DNA of 64,000 nt, taken from the NCBI RefSeq assembly GCF_009834535.1, contig NC_045697.1, positions 2,544,001 to 2,608,000 of the forward strand. Direction: 5' to 3'. Below the pieces are notes generated by a model. The model had not been told where the DNA came from. It saw only the letters and a list, made by a program, of their open reading frames with translations, and did not search any database. Below are positions 52,434 to 63,560 of this stretch, one piece after another. Both the position numbers and the translations under genes were made by a program. How positions within the stretch are numbered: position 1 is the first letter of the stretch; every line of letters begins with the position of its first letter. The stretch comes from Camelus ferus (lineage: Eukaryota).

Positions 52434-52542
52434 TTTTATTTTATTTGTTTTGTTTTGTTTTCTGGGGGGGGGGATAGTTAGGTTTATTTATTCTTAATGG
52501 AGGTGCAGGAGGTTGAACCCCGGATCTCATACACGCTAATAA
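52434..52542 (-). mobile_element. 5'-truncated Vic-1-like SINE (extended-tail variant)
   Basis: 'gggggatagttaggtttatttattcttaatggaggtgcaggaggttgaaccc' flanked by the perfect 16-bp TSD tgcaaagcaaatttta (52418 / 52543). Confidence 0.85.
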
Positions 52543-52989
52543 TGCAAAGCAAATTTTAAGAGATTTTGATGCAGTCAAACTTATATACGTGTTTTCCTAT
52601 CACGGCTCTTGCTTTTATTAATGTATCCAAGAGAACTTTACGAATCCAAGGTCATGGATATTTTCTTTAAAAGTTTTATAGTTTTGTACGTTTAGGTGTA
52701 TAATGCATTTTGAGTTAATTTTTCATAAGGTATGAGGTCTGGGTGGGGTCCCGCTGTGTTGCGTACGACTGCCCAATTGTCCCAGCGCCAAGTAAGTATC
52801 GTTGAATCACCTTCTGCGTCTTTGTCAAGAATCAGTTGGCCATACGTGCGTAGGGCTCCATTTCCGGGCCTTGTACTCTGTTCCTTCGATCTTTGTGTCT
52901 TTCTTTTTTCTCAATATCACACTGATTGGATTGCCGTAGCTTTACGGTAAGTCTTGAAATTAGGCTCTGTGCCAAATGCAACTTTTTTC

Positions 52990-53740
52990 TTTTCAGTCAC
53001 TTTCTGCCTTTAACTTCCTATCTGGAGATAATTCGAGACGTAGAGAGTTGCAAGAACGGTACAGAAAACACCCCCAGTCCTTCACCCAGGACCCCCAGCA
53101 CCAACACCTGCCGTAGCCCCAGTGCAGAGACGTGCACTAGGGAGCTGGTTTAGACAGACTGCTTTCACTAACTCGCGGGTTCTTTCCAGACTGCACCAGT
53201 TCTTCCACTAAGGTTCTCACTCGGTTCCAGAATCCAGCCTGTGATCCCACATTGGCTTTAGGTCTCCTGTGTCCTCAGCCCTTTCCTGTCTGTGACGGCG
53301 CCTTACACGGCCCTCGTCTTGCACGCCCGGGACCCTCGGGGAGGGCAGGCTGGTTGCCGCGCAGGCTTCCTCCACGCGGGATCCTCGGGGGTTTTCTCGT
53401 GATCCGGCAGGCTGGGCGTCACCAGAGGGGATGCTGGAGAGGATGTGTCCCCTCCTCTGCCGGTCATGCCAGGGCTGACTGTGCACTGCACCCCCGGAGT
53501 CCTGGCCTTGGACGCGAAGCCAGGGCGGTGCCTGCCAGACGTCTCCTTTGTAAAGTTACTGGTTTTCCTCTATAATTCACGATATTTTCGGAAGAGATAC
53601 ACTGGGGGTTTTGCAGATGTCCTGTCTCTCCTGAAACTTTTGCCTCCTAACAGTAGCGTTCAACAATGGACTTTGCCTGCTGTCGTGGTTACTGTGGCGT
53701 TCTGATGGTGATGATCTGTTTTCCTTATTTCTTCTACATG
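52990..53740 (-). mobile_element. Nested L1MC/L1MD-like 3' UTR fragment
   Basis: Landmarks 'agagttgcaagaacggtacagaaaac...ccttcacccagg', 'tccagaatccagcctgtgatcccacattggctttag' and 'ctcctttgtaaagttact'. Confidence 0.7.
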
Positions 53741-53754
53741 TTTTTAAAAAAAAA

Positions 53755-54273
53755 TATTTGTTTGTATTTTTCTTTTTTATTGAAGTACAGTCATTTTACA
53801 ATGTTGTGTCAGTTCTGGTGCACAGCATAACGTTTCAGTCATACATATCCATACAGATACTTCTTTTCATATTCTTTTTTATTGTAGGTTACTACAAGAT
53901 ATTAAATATAGTTCCCTGTGCTGTACAGAAGAAACTTGTCGTTTATCCATTTTATATATGCTAGTTAGTATCTGTAAGTCTTGAACTCCCAGTTTGTCCC
54001 TTCCCACCCCCTTTACTCCTTGGTAACCATGTTTGTTCTTTATGTCTGTGAGTCTGTTTCTGTTTTGCAGATAAGTTCATCGGTGTCCTTTTTTTTAGAT
54101 TCCGCATATAAGTGACATCATACGGTATTTTTCTTTCTTTCTGGCTTACTTTGCTTAGAATGACAAACTCCAGGTCCATCCATGTTGCTGTAAATGGCAT
54201 TATTTTATTCTTTTTTATGGCTGAGTAGTATTTCATTGTATACCACAACTTCTTTATCCAGCCATCTGTCAAT
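53755..54273 (-). mobile_element. Younger 5'-truncated LINE-1 nested in the old L1
   Basis: Minus ORF 53961..54272 WIKKLWYTMKYYSAIKKNKIMPFTATWMDLE..ILSKVSQKE is the L1 ORF2 C-terminus; the 3' UTR is similar to the 43.4-kb copy. Confidence 0.92.
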
Positions 54274-54667
54274 AGTAGCTTTATATATTTAAAAAATATT
54301 TCATTCTGAGTTGATTTTTCTGTAAGATGTCAGGTTCAGAGTTAAATACTTAAATGCACATGGATACACATATTTCCTAGCATCGTTGGTTGAAAAGATT
54401 GTCCTTTTTCTATTTAGTTGCTTTTGGGCCTTTGTCACAAATCACTTGACTATAAGTCTGTGGGTCTATTTTTAGGCTCTGAATGATCTGTGTGTCTGTC
54501 CTTTTGCTAATACTGCTTGATAACTGTTGCTTTGTAGAAAGTTTTGGAATCATGTGGTGTGAGTCTTCCAGCTTTGTTCTTTTCCAACTTGTAGTGGCTA
54601 TTTCAGTTACTTGGCCTTTCCATTCTGTACATATATATGTGTGTATACATATATTTTTTAAAATAAT

Positions 54668-54789
54668 CTTTTTTTTAGAGGGGGAGGTAATTAGGTTTAT
54701 TTATTTAATTTTTAATGGCAGTACTGGGGATTGAACCCAGGACCTTGTGCATGCTAAGCACACACTCTACCACTGTGCTATACCCTCCC
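54668..54789 (-). mobile_element. Full-length Vic-1-like SINE (extended-tail variant)
   Basis: 'ggggaggtaattaggtttatttattt...gtactggggattgaacccaggaccttgtgcatgctaagcacacactctaccactgtgctataccctcc'. Confidence 0.88.
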
Positions 54790-57700
54790 ACTTCATATAT
54801 ATATATTTTTATTCAATGTGTGTTTATCTTTTTTTTAAGCCTATTGGAATTTCTACTAGGACTGCATTAAATGTATAGGTGAAATTGGGTAGAAATAGTA
54901 TCTTAATACTCAGCCAAGCCTTAAATCTTTCCCATTATTTAGGTCTTGTTTGACTTCTTTCATCAGTGTTTTTAGTTTTCAGCATGCAGATTTTGGACAA
55001 TTTTATAATTTATTCCTAAACGTTTCATTTTTTGGTGCTATTGTTTGTGCATTTGTTTTTAATTTCAAGTTCCAATTCCTCACTGCTAATATAGAGAAAC
55101 ATAAGTGATTTTGTTTGTTTATCGTGAATCTTATGACCTTGCTACACTCATTTATTCGCTCTAGAGCTTTGTTTAAAGTAGACTCTTTGGTATTTTCTAC
55201 ATAGAAGTCATGTTATCTGTCAGTGGAGAGAGGTTTATTTCTTTTTTTTTTCTCTTACTCTTTTTCTTTCTTTCCCTCCCCTTTTGCACTGGCATTACAT
55301 GTCGAACGGGAGGATGAGAGAGGACATCCTTGCCTGGTCTCTGATCTTAGGGGAACACTCACTCTTTGGCCCTTACGTAGGTACTAGCTGCCAGCGTTCT
55401 TTTTCACGTTAGGAAGCCCCCTCCTGTTTCTAGTTTGCTGAGAATTTTTTTTTATCGTAATAGATTCTGAATTTTGTCAAATGATTCTGTTTCGCTTACT
55501 GAGATAATCATATGGCTTTTTTGTTAATCTATTGATGTGGTACATTACATGGATTAAATAACAAATTCTAACCATCTTTGTATTTCTGGAATGAAACTTG
55601 GTCATGAGAGATTTTGTAATACACATTGCTGGGCTCGACTTGCTAATATTTTATTGCAGGTTTACACCTATGTTCATGAGAAATATTGGTCTATAGTTTT
55701 CTTTGCCTGTAACATCTTTGTCTGCTTTGGTGTTGGGCTATCGCTGGCCTCATAAAATGAATCGGGAATGTTTCTTCCTATCCTAATTATGGGAAAGGTG
55801 GTTGAATTGGCATTACTCTTCCCTTAACCATTTGGTAACGTTGTCCAGGGAAACCAGCTGGGGCTGCAGGTTTCTTTGCTGCAGGTTTTAACTTAGATCA
55901 GATTTGTTTTCTTCCATAGACATAGTGCTCTCTAGATGAACTGTTTCTCTCGGCTGAGCTCTGGCAGTTTGTCGTTTCACCTAAGTCGTGGGATTCGTGG
56001 AAGCAGGGGTGTTGCTAGTAGCCCCTTGTCACCCTTGCAGTGTCTGTGGGATCTGCAGTGGTGGCCGCTCTTCCCTTGCCGGTATTGCTCATTCTGTCTT
56101 CCCTTTTCATTTCTTGAGCATTTGTGCTAGAGGTTTATTGATTTTTTCCTATGCTTTTAAATTTCATTGATTTCTTCTCTAATCTGTATAATTTCCTTCC
56201 TTCTACGTGCTTTGAATTTAGTTTACTTTTCTTTTTCTAATTTCTTAAAGTGGAAGTGTAAATTTGACCTGAGACCTTTAGTCTTTTCTAACATATTCAA
56301 CACTACAAAATTGCCTTTAAGCACTGCTTTAGCTGCATCCCACAAATGTTGATATGCTTGATTTTCATTTTGATTCATTTAAAAATATTTAAAAATTTCC
56401 CTTGACACTTACTCTTTCCCCTGTGGTCATCACAAGTATGTTGTTTAGCACTTTTCTGTTACGGATTTCTAGTTTAATGATGTTATGGTTCAAGACCAAA
56501 AGAGTTCTGGTCTTCAGGATTTGCTGCGTTTTGTTTTATGATCCACATATATTTTTCTGTTATTGTGTAGCATGTTCTACAGTATTAACTAGGTCTACTA
56601 GTGCCATTCAGGTCCTTATTCTTAGGAGTTTCTAGTTTTTTTTCCCCATTCATTACTGAGACGGAGTTGACATCCCCAACTGCTATTGTAGGTTTGTCTC
56701 GGTTCCCTCCGTTACGGGCCCCTGTGATTGGAATCTCTGTTGTTAGGTGCATCTAAGTTTAGGATTGTTGTGGGTTCCTGGAGAACTGGCTCCCTTATCG
56801 TTATGTAATAGCCCTCTTTATCTCTGATGACATTACTTTGTCTGATATTAATATAGCTGCCAGTATTCTTTTACTTAGTGTTTGTATGATTTATATTGTT
56901 TGATCTTTTTCTTTTTGTAACCTGTTTATATCATTACATCTAAAGTAGGTTTCCTATAAGACAATATTTAGTTGGTTCTAATTTTTAAAAATTGAATCTC
57001 ATAATCTTTGCCCCTTACCTGGCATGCTTAGATGACGCACACTTAATGTAACGATCGATATGGTTTGAGTAAAATCTATCACGTTACTAGCCTTTTTTTA
57101 TTTGTCCCATTTAGTCTTCATTTCTTTTTCCCATATTTTACTTTTGGCTTTTCTTGTGCTAATTGGGTGTTTTTTATGATTCTGTCTTATCTTCTCTATT
57201 GATTTATTACCCATACATAGTGATTGCCCTTCAGTTTAAATATATATCATCTTTAATAAATCAGAGTTTACCTTCAAATAATGTGGTACTATTTCACACT
57301 GTATTTCCAATTTCTCCTTCACATTTTTTATGCTATTGTCATCGTGTCTTTATCTGTATATACACCATAAACATATTGCTACACTTTCTGCTTTAGACAG
57401 TTTATCTTTTAGAGCAATTAGAAAATAGGGGGGAAAAAGAGTTTAATTTCACCTTCATTGATTCTATGTCCAGAACCTTCATTTCTAAATTTCAGTCTAA
57501 TATCAGGGTTTTCCCACCTGAAGAACTTCTGCTGCAGAGCTCCTTGAAATGCATCCCCAGTTTTTGCTTATTTGAGAAAGTCATTATTTCTCTTTCATTT
57601 AAACAAAGACATTTTCTCTGGCTTGACAGTTTTTTCTTTCTTCCAACACTTTAAAGCTCCCTCCATCAACTTCTGTCTTGCATGGTTTTTGATAAGAACT

Positions 57701-57885
57701 CCGTTGTAACTGTATCTTTAGCTTCCTGTAAATAATGTTTCTTTTTTTCCCCCTCTCTGGCTGGCTTTAATATTTTCTCTTTGTCTTTGGTTTTCAGTAG
57801 TTGAGTATAATATGCTAGGGTGCAATTTTGTGTTTGCTTCATTTGGTTTTGGTATTTATGCTGGTTGGTGTCCTCTGAGCTTCTT

Positions 57886-58257
57886 TTTTCTTTATTTTGT
57901 CCTTAATTTTGTTTTTTAAGAGCAGTTTTAGGTTTACAACAAAATTGAGAGGTAAATACAGAGATTTCCCTATGCCTCCTGCCCCCACACATGCATAGCC
58001 TCCCCGATAATCAACCTCACTTATCATAATGGTACATTTTTTTAACTAAGGATGAATCTACATTCATAAGACATGTCCCAACCACCTAGAGACCAGAGCT
58101 GACCTTAGGGCTCACTCTTGCTGTGTAGTTCTGTGGGTTTGGACACACGTATGATGACATGTGTCCCTCACTATAATATCATGCAGAGTATCTTCACTGC
58201 CCTAAAAATCGTCTGTGCTCTGCCCATTCATCTCCTTCCCCTCCGACCCCCGTCTTG
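57886..58257 (-). mobile_element. L1MC1/2-like 3' end insertion with a perfect TSD
   Basis: 'agagcagttttaggtttacaacaaaattgag...cttcactgccctaaaaatcgtctgtgctc'; TSD TCTGAGCTTCTT at 57874 and 58258. Confidence 0.88.
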
Positions 58258-58319
58258 TCTGAGCTTCTTGGATCTGTGTTTAGGTGTCTACAATTTGCTT
58301 AGTATATTCTTGGCCATAA

Positions 58320-58457
58320 TTTTTTTCTTTTATTTTTTAAACTGAATTGTAGTCAGTTTACAGTGTTGTGTCAATTTCTGGTGTACAGCACAATGCTTCA
58401 GTCATATATGTACATAGGTGCATTCCTTTTCGTATTTTTTTCATTACAGGTTACTAC
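58320..58457 (-). mobile_element. Very short younger L1 3' end
   Basis: 'agtcagtttacagtgttgtgtcaatttctggtgtacagcac...tcattacaggttactac', homologous to 53780-53895. Confidence 0.85.
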
Positions 58458-59330
58458 CCTTCCCTGGCTGTCTCTTACTCCTGCCTGGCATCCACTGCAT
58501 CGCCCCCAGGGGGCCGCACCCATGTCCCTTCTCTCCCCATAGGTACAATCTCGCCTTGGCATTTGAGACAGTCGGCTGCTCTGTGACCTCAGCTCTTCGG
58601 TACACATGAAAGAAGTCAGGAGTTGGAAGCTGGCTTGGCTCCTTTGTGCTGTGGAGATGCGAGCCCTGCTCCCCCTCTCCGCATCAGGGGGAGACACAGG
58701 AGCCCAGGAGCCTGGGGCCTTTTTTTTTTTTTTTTTTTTTTGCGCCTTTTTATACATCTCATAACTTTTGGCTGAAAGCAAGTAAGAGAGGAAAAGAGGT
58801 TTTGTGCCTGGAAATGGGCACACCTTTCCTCCTAAGAGGCCTGTAATGTGGAGGGTTTGAGGTAATCAGTCAAGAATTGGGCTGGGATGGCGCGTTCTTG
58901 TTGCTATGGTTACCCCAGGGCACTACAGTCTTCAAATTCCTCCAGAGACCTGGCTTCAGGGTGGGGGCCGGGCTGCTTAGCCAGAGGGTTTTTTCTTCGT
59001 CTGCTCCAACCTCAACTCTTGGTCTTCCTTTGCAAGGGGCCTCACCCCCAGAAGCCTCCTGCTGTTGCTTGTAATTTGATGCCAATTACCTGGCTGTGGG
59101 GCGACAGTGGGACCCTCTCTCCTGCTCTGATTAAGCCTCCTCTTAGGCAGATGTAAGTACTCATGTCTAGACTTCCTGCCTGTGGCTGTTTCTCCTTAGA
59201 TTTTGGGACCATTGATTGCTTTTCAACTTATTCCCCAGTGGGTCCAAGAAAGCTTGTCAATTTGCTGTTTGTTAGGTCCTGGTCCAGCCTCCGTTACATT
59301 GTTGGTGCCCCATGACTCAGAAGGAAGATA

Positions 59331-59991
59331 TGATACAGGAAAAATGGATGTGGGGCGAGAGGAGAGCTGTGTCCCAGTCTCAGTGGAGCCCCTGGGACAT
59401 GCCCCGCCAAGTGTGGGTCCTTGGCTTCGTGCAGGAAAGAATTCAAGAGCGAGCCACAGTTGAGTGAAGGTGGGTTTATTTAGAGATACATGCTACATAG
59501 AGTGCAGGCTGTTTCAGAAGGCAAGAGAAAAGCCATGAGTTGTGGGTGTTGGGTGCTCAGGTTAAGTAAAAGTAGGTACACACTCACACTCCACAGACAG
59601 ATTGTGGGCCGCTTCCAAAGATGAGGGAACGAGAGAGGCTGTGAGGCTCAGTGTTGCCAGTTTTTATGGGCTCGGTAGCTTCACACGCCTACAAGTGGGA
59701 GGGCCATTCCAACTACCTTGGCAAAGGAGCTGGGATTCCCAAGAATCGGGCCACTGCCCACTCTTTGACATTTTATTGTCAGTCTCGAAGTTGTCATGGC
59801 ACCTGTGGGAGTGTCACTTCCCATGTTAATATATTACAATCCACGGATAATGAGGCTCGTGGTCTACTAGGAGTCAAGTCTTCCGCCATCTTGAGCCTCA
59901 AGGCCTTCTGGGAGTTAAGTCTTTCGCTATCCTGGTATTCATTGTTGCCATTCCTTGAGTGGCTGTGCCCTGCCCCTTCCCTCCTGTCTCA
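59331..59991 (-). mobile_element. ERV1-class solo LTR, 661 bp
   Basis: Terminal inverted repeats TGATACAGGA...TCCTGTCTCA (9/10), 4-bp TSD GATA (59327 / 59992) and antisense AATAAA at ~59475. Confidence 0.88.
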
Positions 59992-60289
59992 GATATGCGG
60001 TCATCCTTGAAGCCGCCCACTTGGACGTGGCCAGTGTCACATCCACTCTCATCCCATCGGCCACCACTCATCACTAGGCCAAACCTGACAAGGCTGCTGG
60101 CTGGACCCTCCACCTACAGGATGGCACTGCAAGTGACATACAGAGATGTCCCCAGGCTCTGACACGTGATGTTTCAGGGAAGGGAAAAACAACCAAAAGT
60201 CACAGTCTCTGGCGACTTGCTGTCTTCACTCAGCGGTGCCCTGTGAAGGCTCCTTGTGGGGGACGCAGGTGCTCACACGCACTCCCCAG

Positions 60290-60545
60290 GTGAGGGACCA
60301 CTTGGTTATTCCCAGGTTGAGACCCTTGCAAGTGGTGCTGCCGGGAGCACTTCTGTGATCTCTCCGGATGCTCCCCTGGACGGTCTCTGGGCTGTACGCT
60401 GGGAGCGGAATTGCTGGGTTGAGGCTTATGGGTGTTGGATATGATGCTAGATTGTTTTCCAAAGGGCTGCACCAGTTTACATTCCTACTAGCCGCGTAGA
60501 GAGTTCCCCTTGCTCCACATCCTCCCCAGCATAGTCCTTCTCTGT
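60290..60545 (-). mobile_element. Decayed L1ME-like fragment
   Basis: 'gagcggaattgctgggt...agattgttttccaaagggctgcaccagtttacattcc...ttgctccacatcctccccagca'. Confidence 0.8.
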
Positions 60546-61379
60546 TCAGCTCACCACAAACAGGTAACAAGAAAAATGAGAAAAAGAAAACGAGCCCAAC
60601 CTTCTGGCTCCGTGGTGCCCTCTGGCGCCCTCTGGTGCCCGCCTTGGGTGCACCTTCTGTTTGCGGTGGAGAGGCCCTGGGTGTCCGCGCAGCTTGGCGG
60701 CTCCCACGCATGAGCAAGAGGGTTTGGGACAGAGGCGGGTGATGCCTCTATGCGCAAGGGGCCAGGGCCTCCGTCCAGAACGTGGAGCACGGGGCACGTG
60801 CCGAGAGTCCGGAGCGGGCAGAGTTGTTAAGCTTTTCCAAGGAGGCATGGGCTTGGCTCAGGGCGACTCAGGCCTCTGCCGACTGTACGGGACCTGAATG
60901 GTGGCAGTGCCCGGGGTGGTGCTGCACCCCTCAGAGCCCAGAGGCTCGGCCCCTGCCCTCGTGAGCACTTTCCCCCAGCCAGGTCGGAGGAGGCAGGTGC
61001 CACTATTATGCCCGGGGTGAGGAAGCTGAGCGCCGGGGGGTCAAGGGTTCCCCCGAAGGGGCTTGGCAGGGACGAGCTGGCTGCGAAGCCCCGCCCCTTC
61101 CTGCTCTCCCCTTTGTCCTCGGCCACGTGGGAGGCAGCGGCTCGTCGGGACAGCTCCGGGCTCTCCAGCCCCCACCGGGCAGAGGGGCACCTCGGTGCTA
61201 ATCCGTCTCGGGGAGATGACCCGTACGTGGAATCTGTCGGGCAACCCAGGGCTCGCCAGCTTAAGGATGCACGATTTCACTCCAGGTCAATCATCCCCCA
61301 GGCTGCCCGAGGCTTTGGGGCCCAACGAGCGAACGCCTGCTCTCTTCCCACGGACTGACTCATCTGGAAGCTTCCATCT

Positions 61380-62020
61380 GGGCGGTGGGCCGGGCCGGGC
61401 CGGCTCCACAGGCCGCGTGGCACCCTCACAGGCGACCCTCCCCACCCCAAGGTCTGTGGCCCCACCGAGCACGCCTAAGCCGCGCGTCCCGCGAATAATG
61501 AGGCCCCGGCTACGCGGCCGGCGCGCCGCCGGCCGGGAGGCGCTCCTGCATTTTGCATGACCGCGGGGCCCGCTCCTCGCGCCTGTCTGGTCGCGTCACG
61601 TCAGGGAGGGCTTCTCGGGGCAGCGACCGGCGCTGAGCGCAGCCGGGGAGGTGCTGGCGGCGCAGCTGCGGCCCGGGCCCCTCGTGGGGCAGCGGGGCAG
61701 GGCCGGCGGCGCGGCCTTTGAAAACGGGCATTTGCCCAAGTCATGCCCGGGAGGAGGGGCCGCGAGGCCGGGGGGCGCCGCCCCGGCGGCTCCATTTCCA
61801 GAGACCGGGGTGCGGGGAGAGGCCGGAGCGCGCGTGACGGCGTGCGCGGCGCGAGGGCCGACCCTGCGCCTGTCCCTGTGCGCGCCTGCGTGCACGGCCG
61901 CGCGTGCGTGCGTGCGTGCGCGCGCCTGCGTACCTGGACGTGCGCACAGTTGTGCGTGCACGTGCACCCGCCCCCGCCCGTGTGTGTCTGAGACGGAGAG
62001 AGCGGCTCTCCTGGCATCCT
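61380..62020. promoter_or_regulatory. CpG island (putative internal promoter or enhancer)
   Basis: About 640 bp of very high GC and CpG density, with CRE-like CGTCACGTCA (~61594) and TCF/LEF-like CCTTTGAA (~61715). Confidence 0.8.
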
Positions 62021-62769
62021 GCCATCTTAGGATTCTGACACACGAATCAGTGAGAAGGTGCTTGTCACGCTCGGTCAGCCCCCCGCCCGGCCGGCTTCAC
62101 ACGGCACAAACACACTATTTCCAAATTATTAAACCCAATGAATACTTTATTGCTCAGTGTCTTCAAATACGGGTTGGATTGTGTGGCTCCCTGAGCACGA
62201 AGCCCAGACGCCTTAGCTCGGGGTCACCAGCGCCCTGGCCTCAGCTGGCCCCAGGGGCTTTTCACCATGACCTTTCCCGCCTGCCCTCACGCACGGCTAC
62301 GTCTCTCATGCAGATTAAGGGACCACCTCTCTGAGCCTCAGTTTCCCTGTTTGTAAAACGCAGATACAGTGCGATAGGGGCGAGGGCTGTGACAGGCCCA
62401 GCATGGGCTGTGCACGCATGAATAGGAGTTGTGTTTCTTCTGACGTGCATGGCTGTCTTCTCAAGGGGAGGGTTCTATGTCCTCTCCATTTCTGCGTCCC
62501 TCTCAGCGTCAGACAGCAGACAACACAATTCCGATTTGCCAAGTGAAAGACAGCAGATTTCTCTTTTCTAGAAGGTGCAGGATTTCCACAACAGCCCCCC
62601 TGTAATGTGGCGGGCTCACCGGAGGCTGGAAACACACCCAGAAATGTACCTGGCAGGCGAGCCTGCTGCTGAACCCAGGACCTCGCGTCCAGCCTAGGCC
62701 AGGGGCAGAGGTCCGGCTTCCCGTGACTGCTTTTGCTCCGATGGTCAGGCTCACGGGCAGTCCCCATAA

Positions 62770-63310
62770 TCTGAAGCATTTGGTAGCGATCTAATTAAAT
62801 GTTAACACATCATTAAAGTGATTTGTGATCAGCACAGTTAACAGTTTGATAGATCCATTCCTGGCTGCCTCCATGCTGGAAACAATCGCCCTCAATCAGC
62901 CCGGGGCTGTTGACATCTGCTGAACGTTGTGGGGACACATGTACGGGCTGGCAAGGCACGTCTGCCGCCCGAGACGCGCCAAGCGCCCAGCGCCCATGAC
63001 GGTCGCTACCCGGGGCGGGGGCGGTTGTGTGTGGACTTGGGGTGCTGCAGAGGGGTGGGGAGCACTTAATTTCTGGGGCACTTTTGAAGCTGCTGTCGTC
63101 TGGGTGTCCCAGCAGCAGCCAACACGCCTGGTGGAGGATTAAGGAAGCACTGCCTTGCCCTGGTTAACATTCTGTAATGAAGGCAGCCTCCTGGTTGAAG
63201 GCTGTGAATCACTGCTTGTTAATGGGATTAATTGCTCAGGAATTAACTCTGCACACCTGGCAATGCGGGCAGGGGATGGCAGCCAGTTCTGTCTAAATAG
63301 CGATACGGTG
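62770..63310. promoter_or_regulatory. Candidate conserved non-coding elements
   Basis: CTAATTAA (62791), TGATAGAT (62847), AACAAT (62881) and TAATGGGATTAATTG (63220) in unique sequence. Confidence 0.55.
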
Positions 63311-63469
63311 ACTTGGAGGCAGGGGAGAGATGGCTCAGCGGAGTGCAGAGTATTAACTCCGGGGAGAGGCAGCCTTGAAAAATACAGAATGGTCTTATGG
63401 CCAAGCTCTACGTAAAGGAAACAGGACACTAGTCCTCGCTAGACCAGAAGGGGCCCATGGAACTTCAGG

Positions 63470-63560
63470 GACTGTTAGAGCCAGCTGGTCCAACTTCCTC
63501 TCTTCACAGCTGGGGAAACTGAGGCCCAGAAGGAGGCGGGAACATTAGTGCTGGGGTGGG
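63470..63560 (-). mobile_element. MIR SINE fragment
   Basis: 'tggtccaacttcctctcttcacagctggggaaactgaggcccagaagga'. Confidence 0.75.

Larger units (their letters stand above)
51510..58320 (-). mobile_element. Long ancient LINE-1 (L1M) remnant with several nested insertions
   Basis: Continuous antisense L1 motifs from the 3' UTR ('atggacacttgggttgtttccagttttg') through ORF2 ('ttgaaaagattgtcctttt', 'gaggacatccttgcctgg', 'ctggcctcataaaatga', 'gcactgctttagctgcatcccacaaa'). Confidence 0.9.

Noticed and set aside
53961..54272. Minus-strand ORF with real protein similarity
   Set aside because: It is the L1 ORF2 C-terminus of a 5'-truncated insertion, not a host gene.
61651..62334. Overlapping Ala/Arg/Pro/Gly-rich ORFs at the CpG island
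   Set aside because: Open on both strands because of stop-codon depletion; no protein family resemblance.
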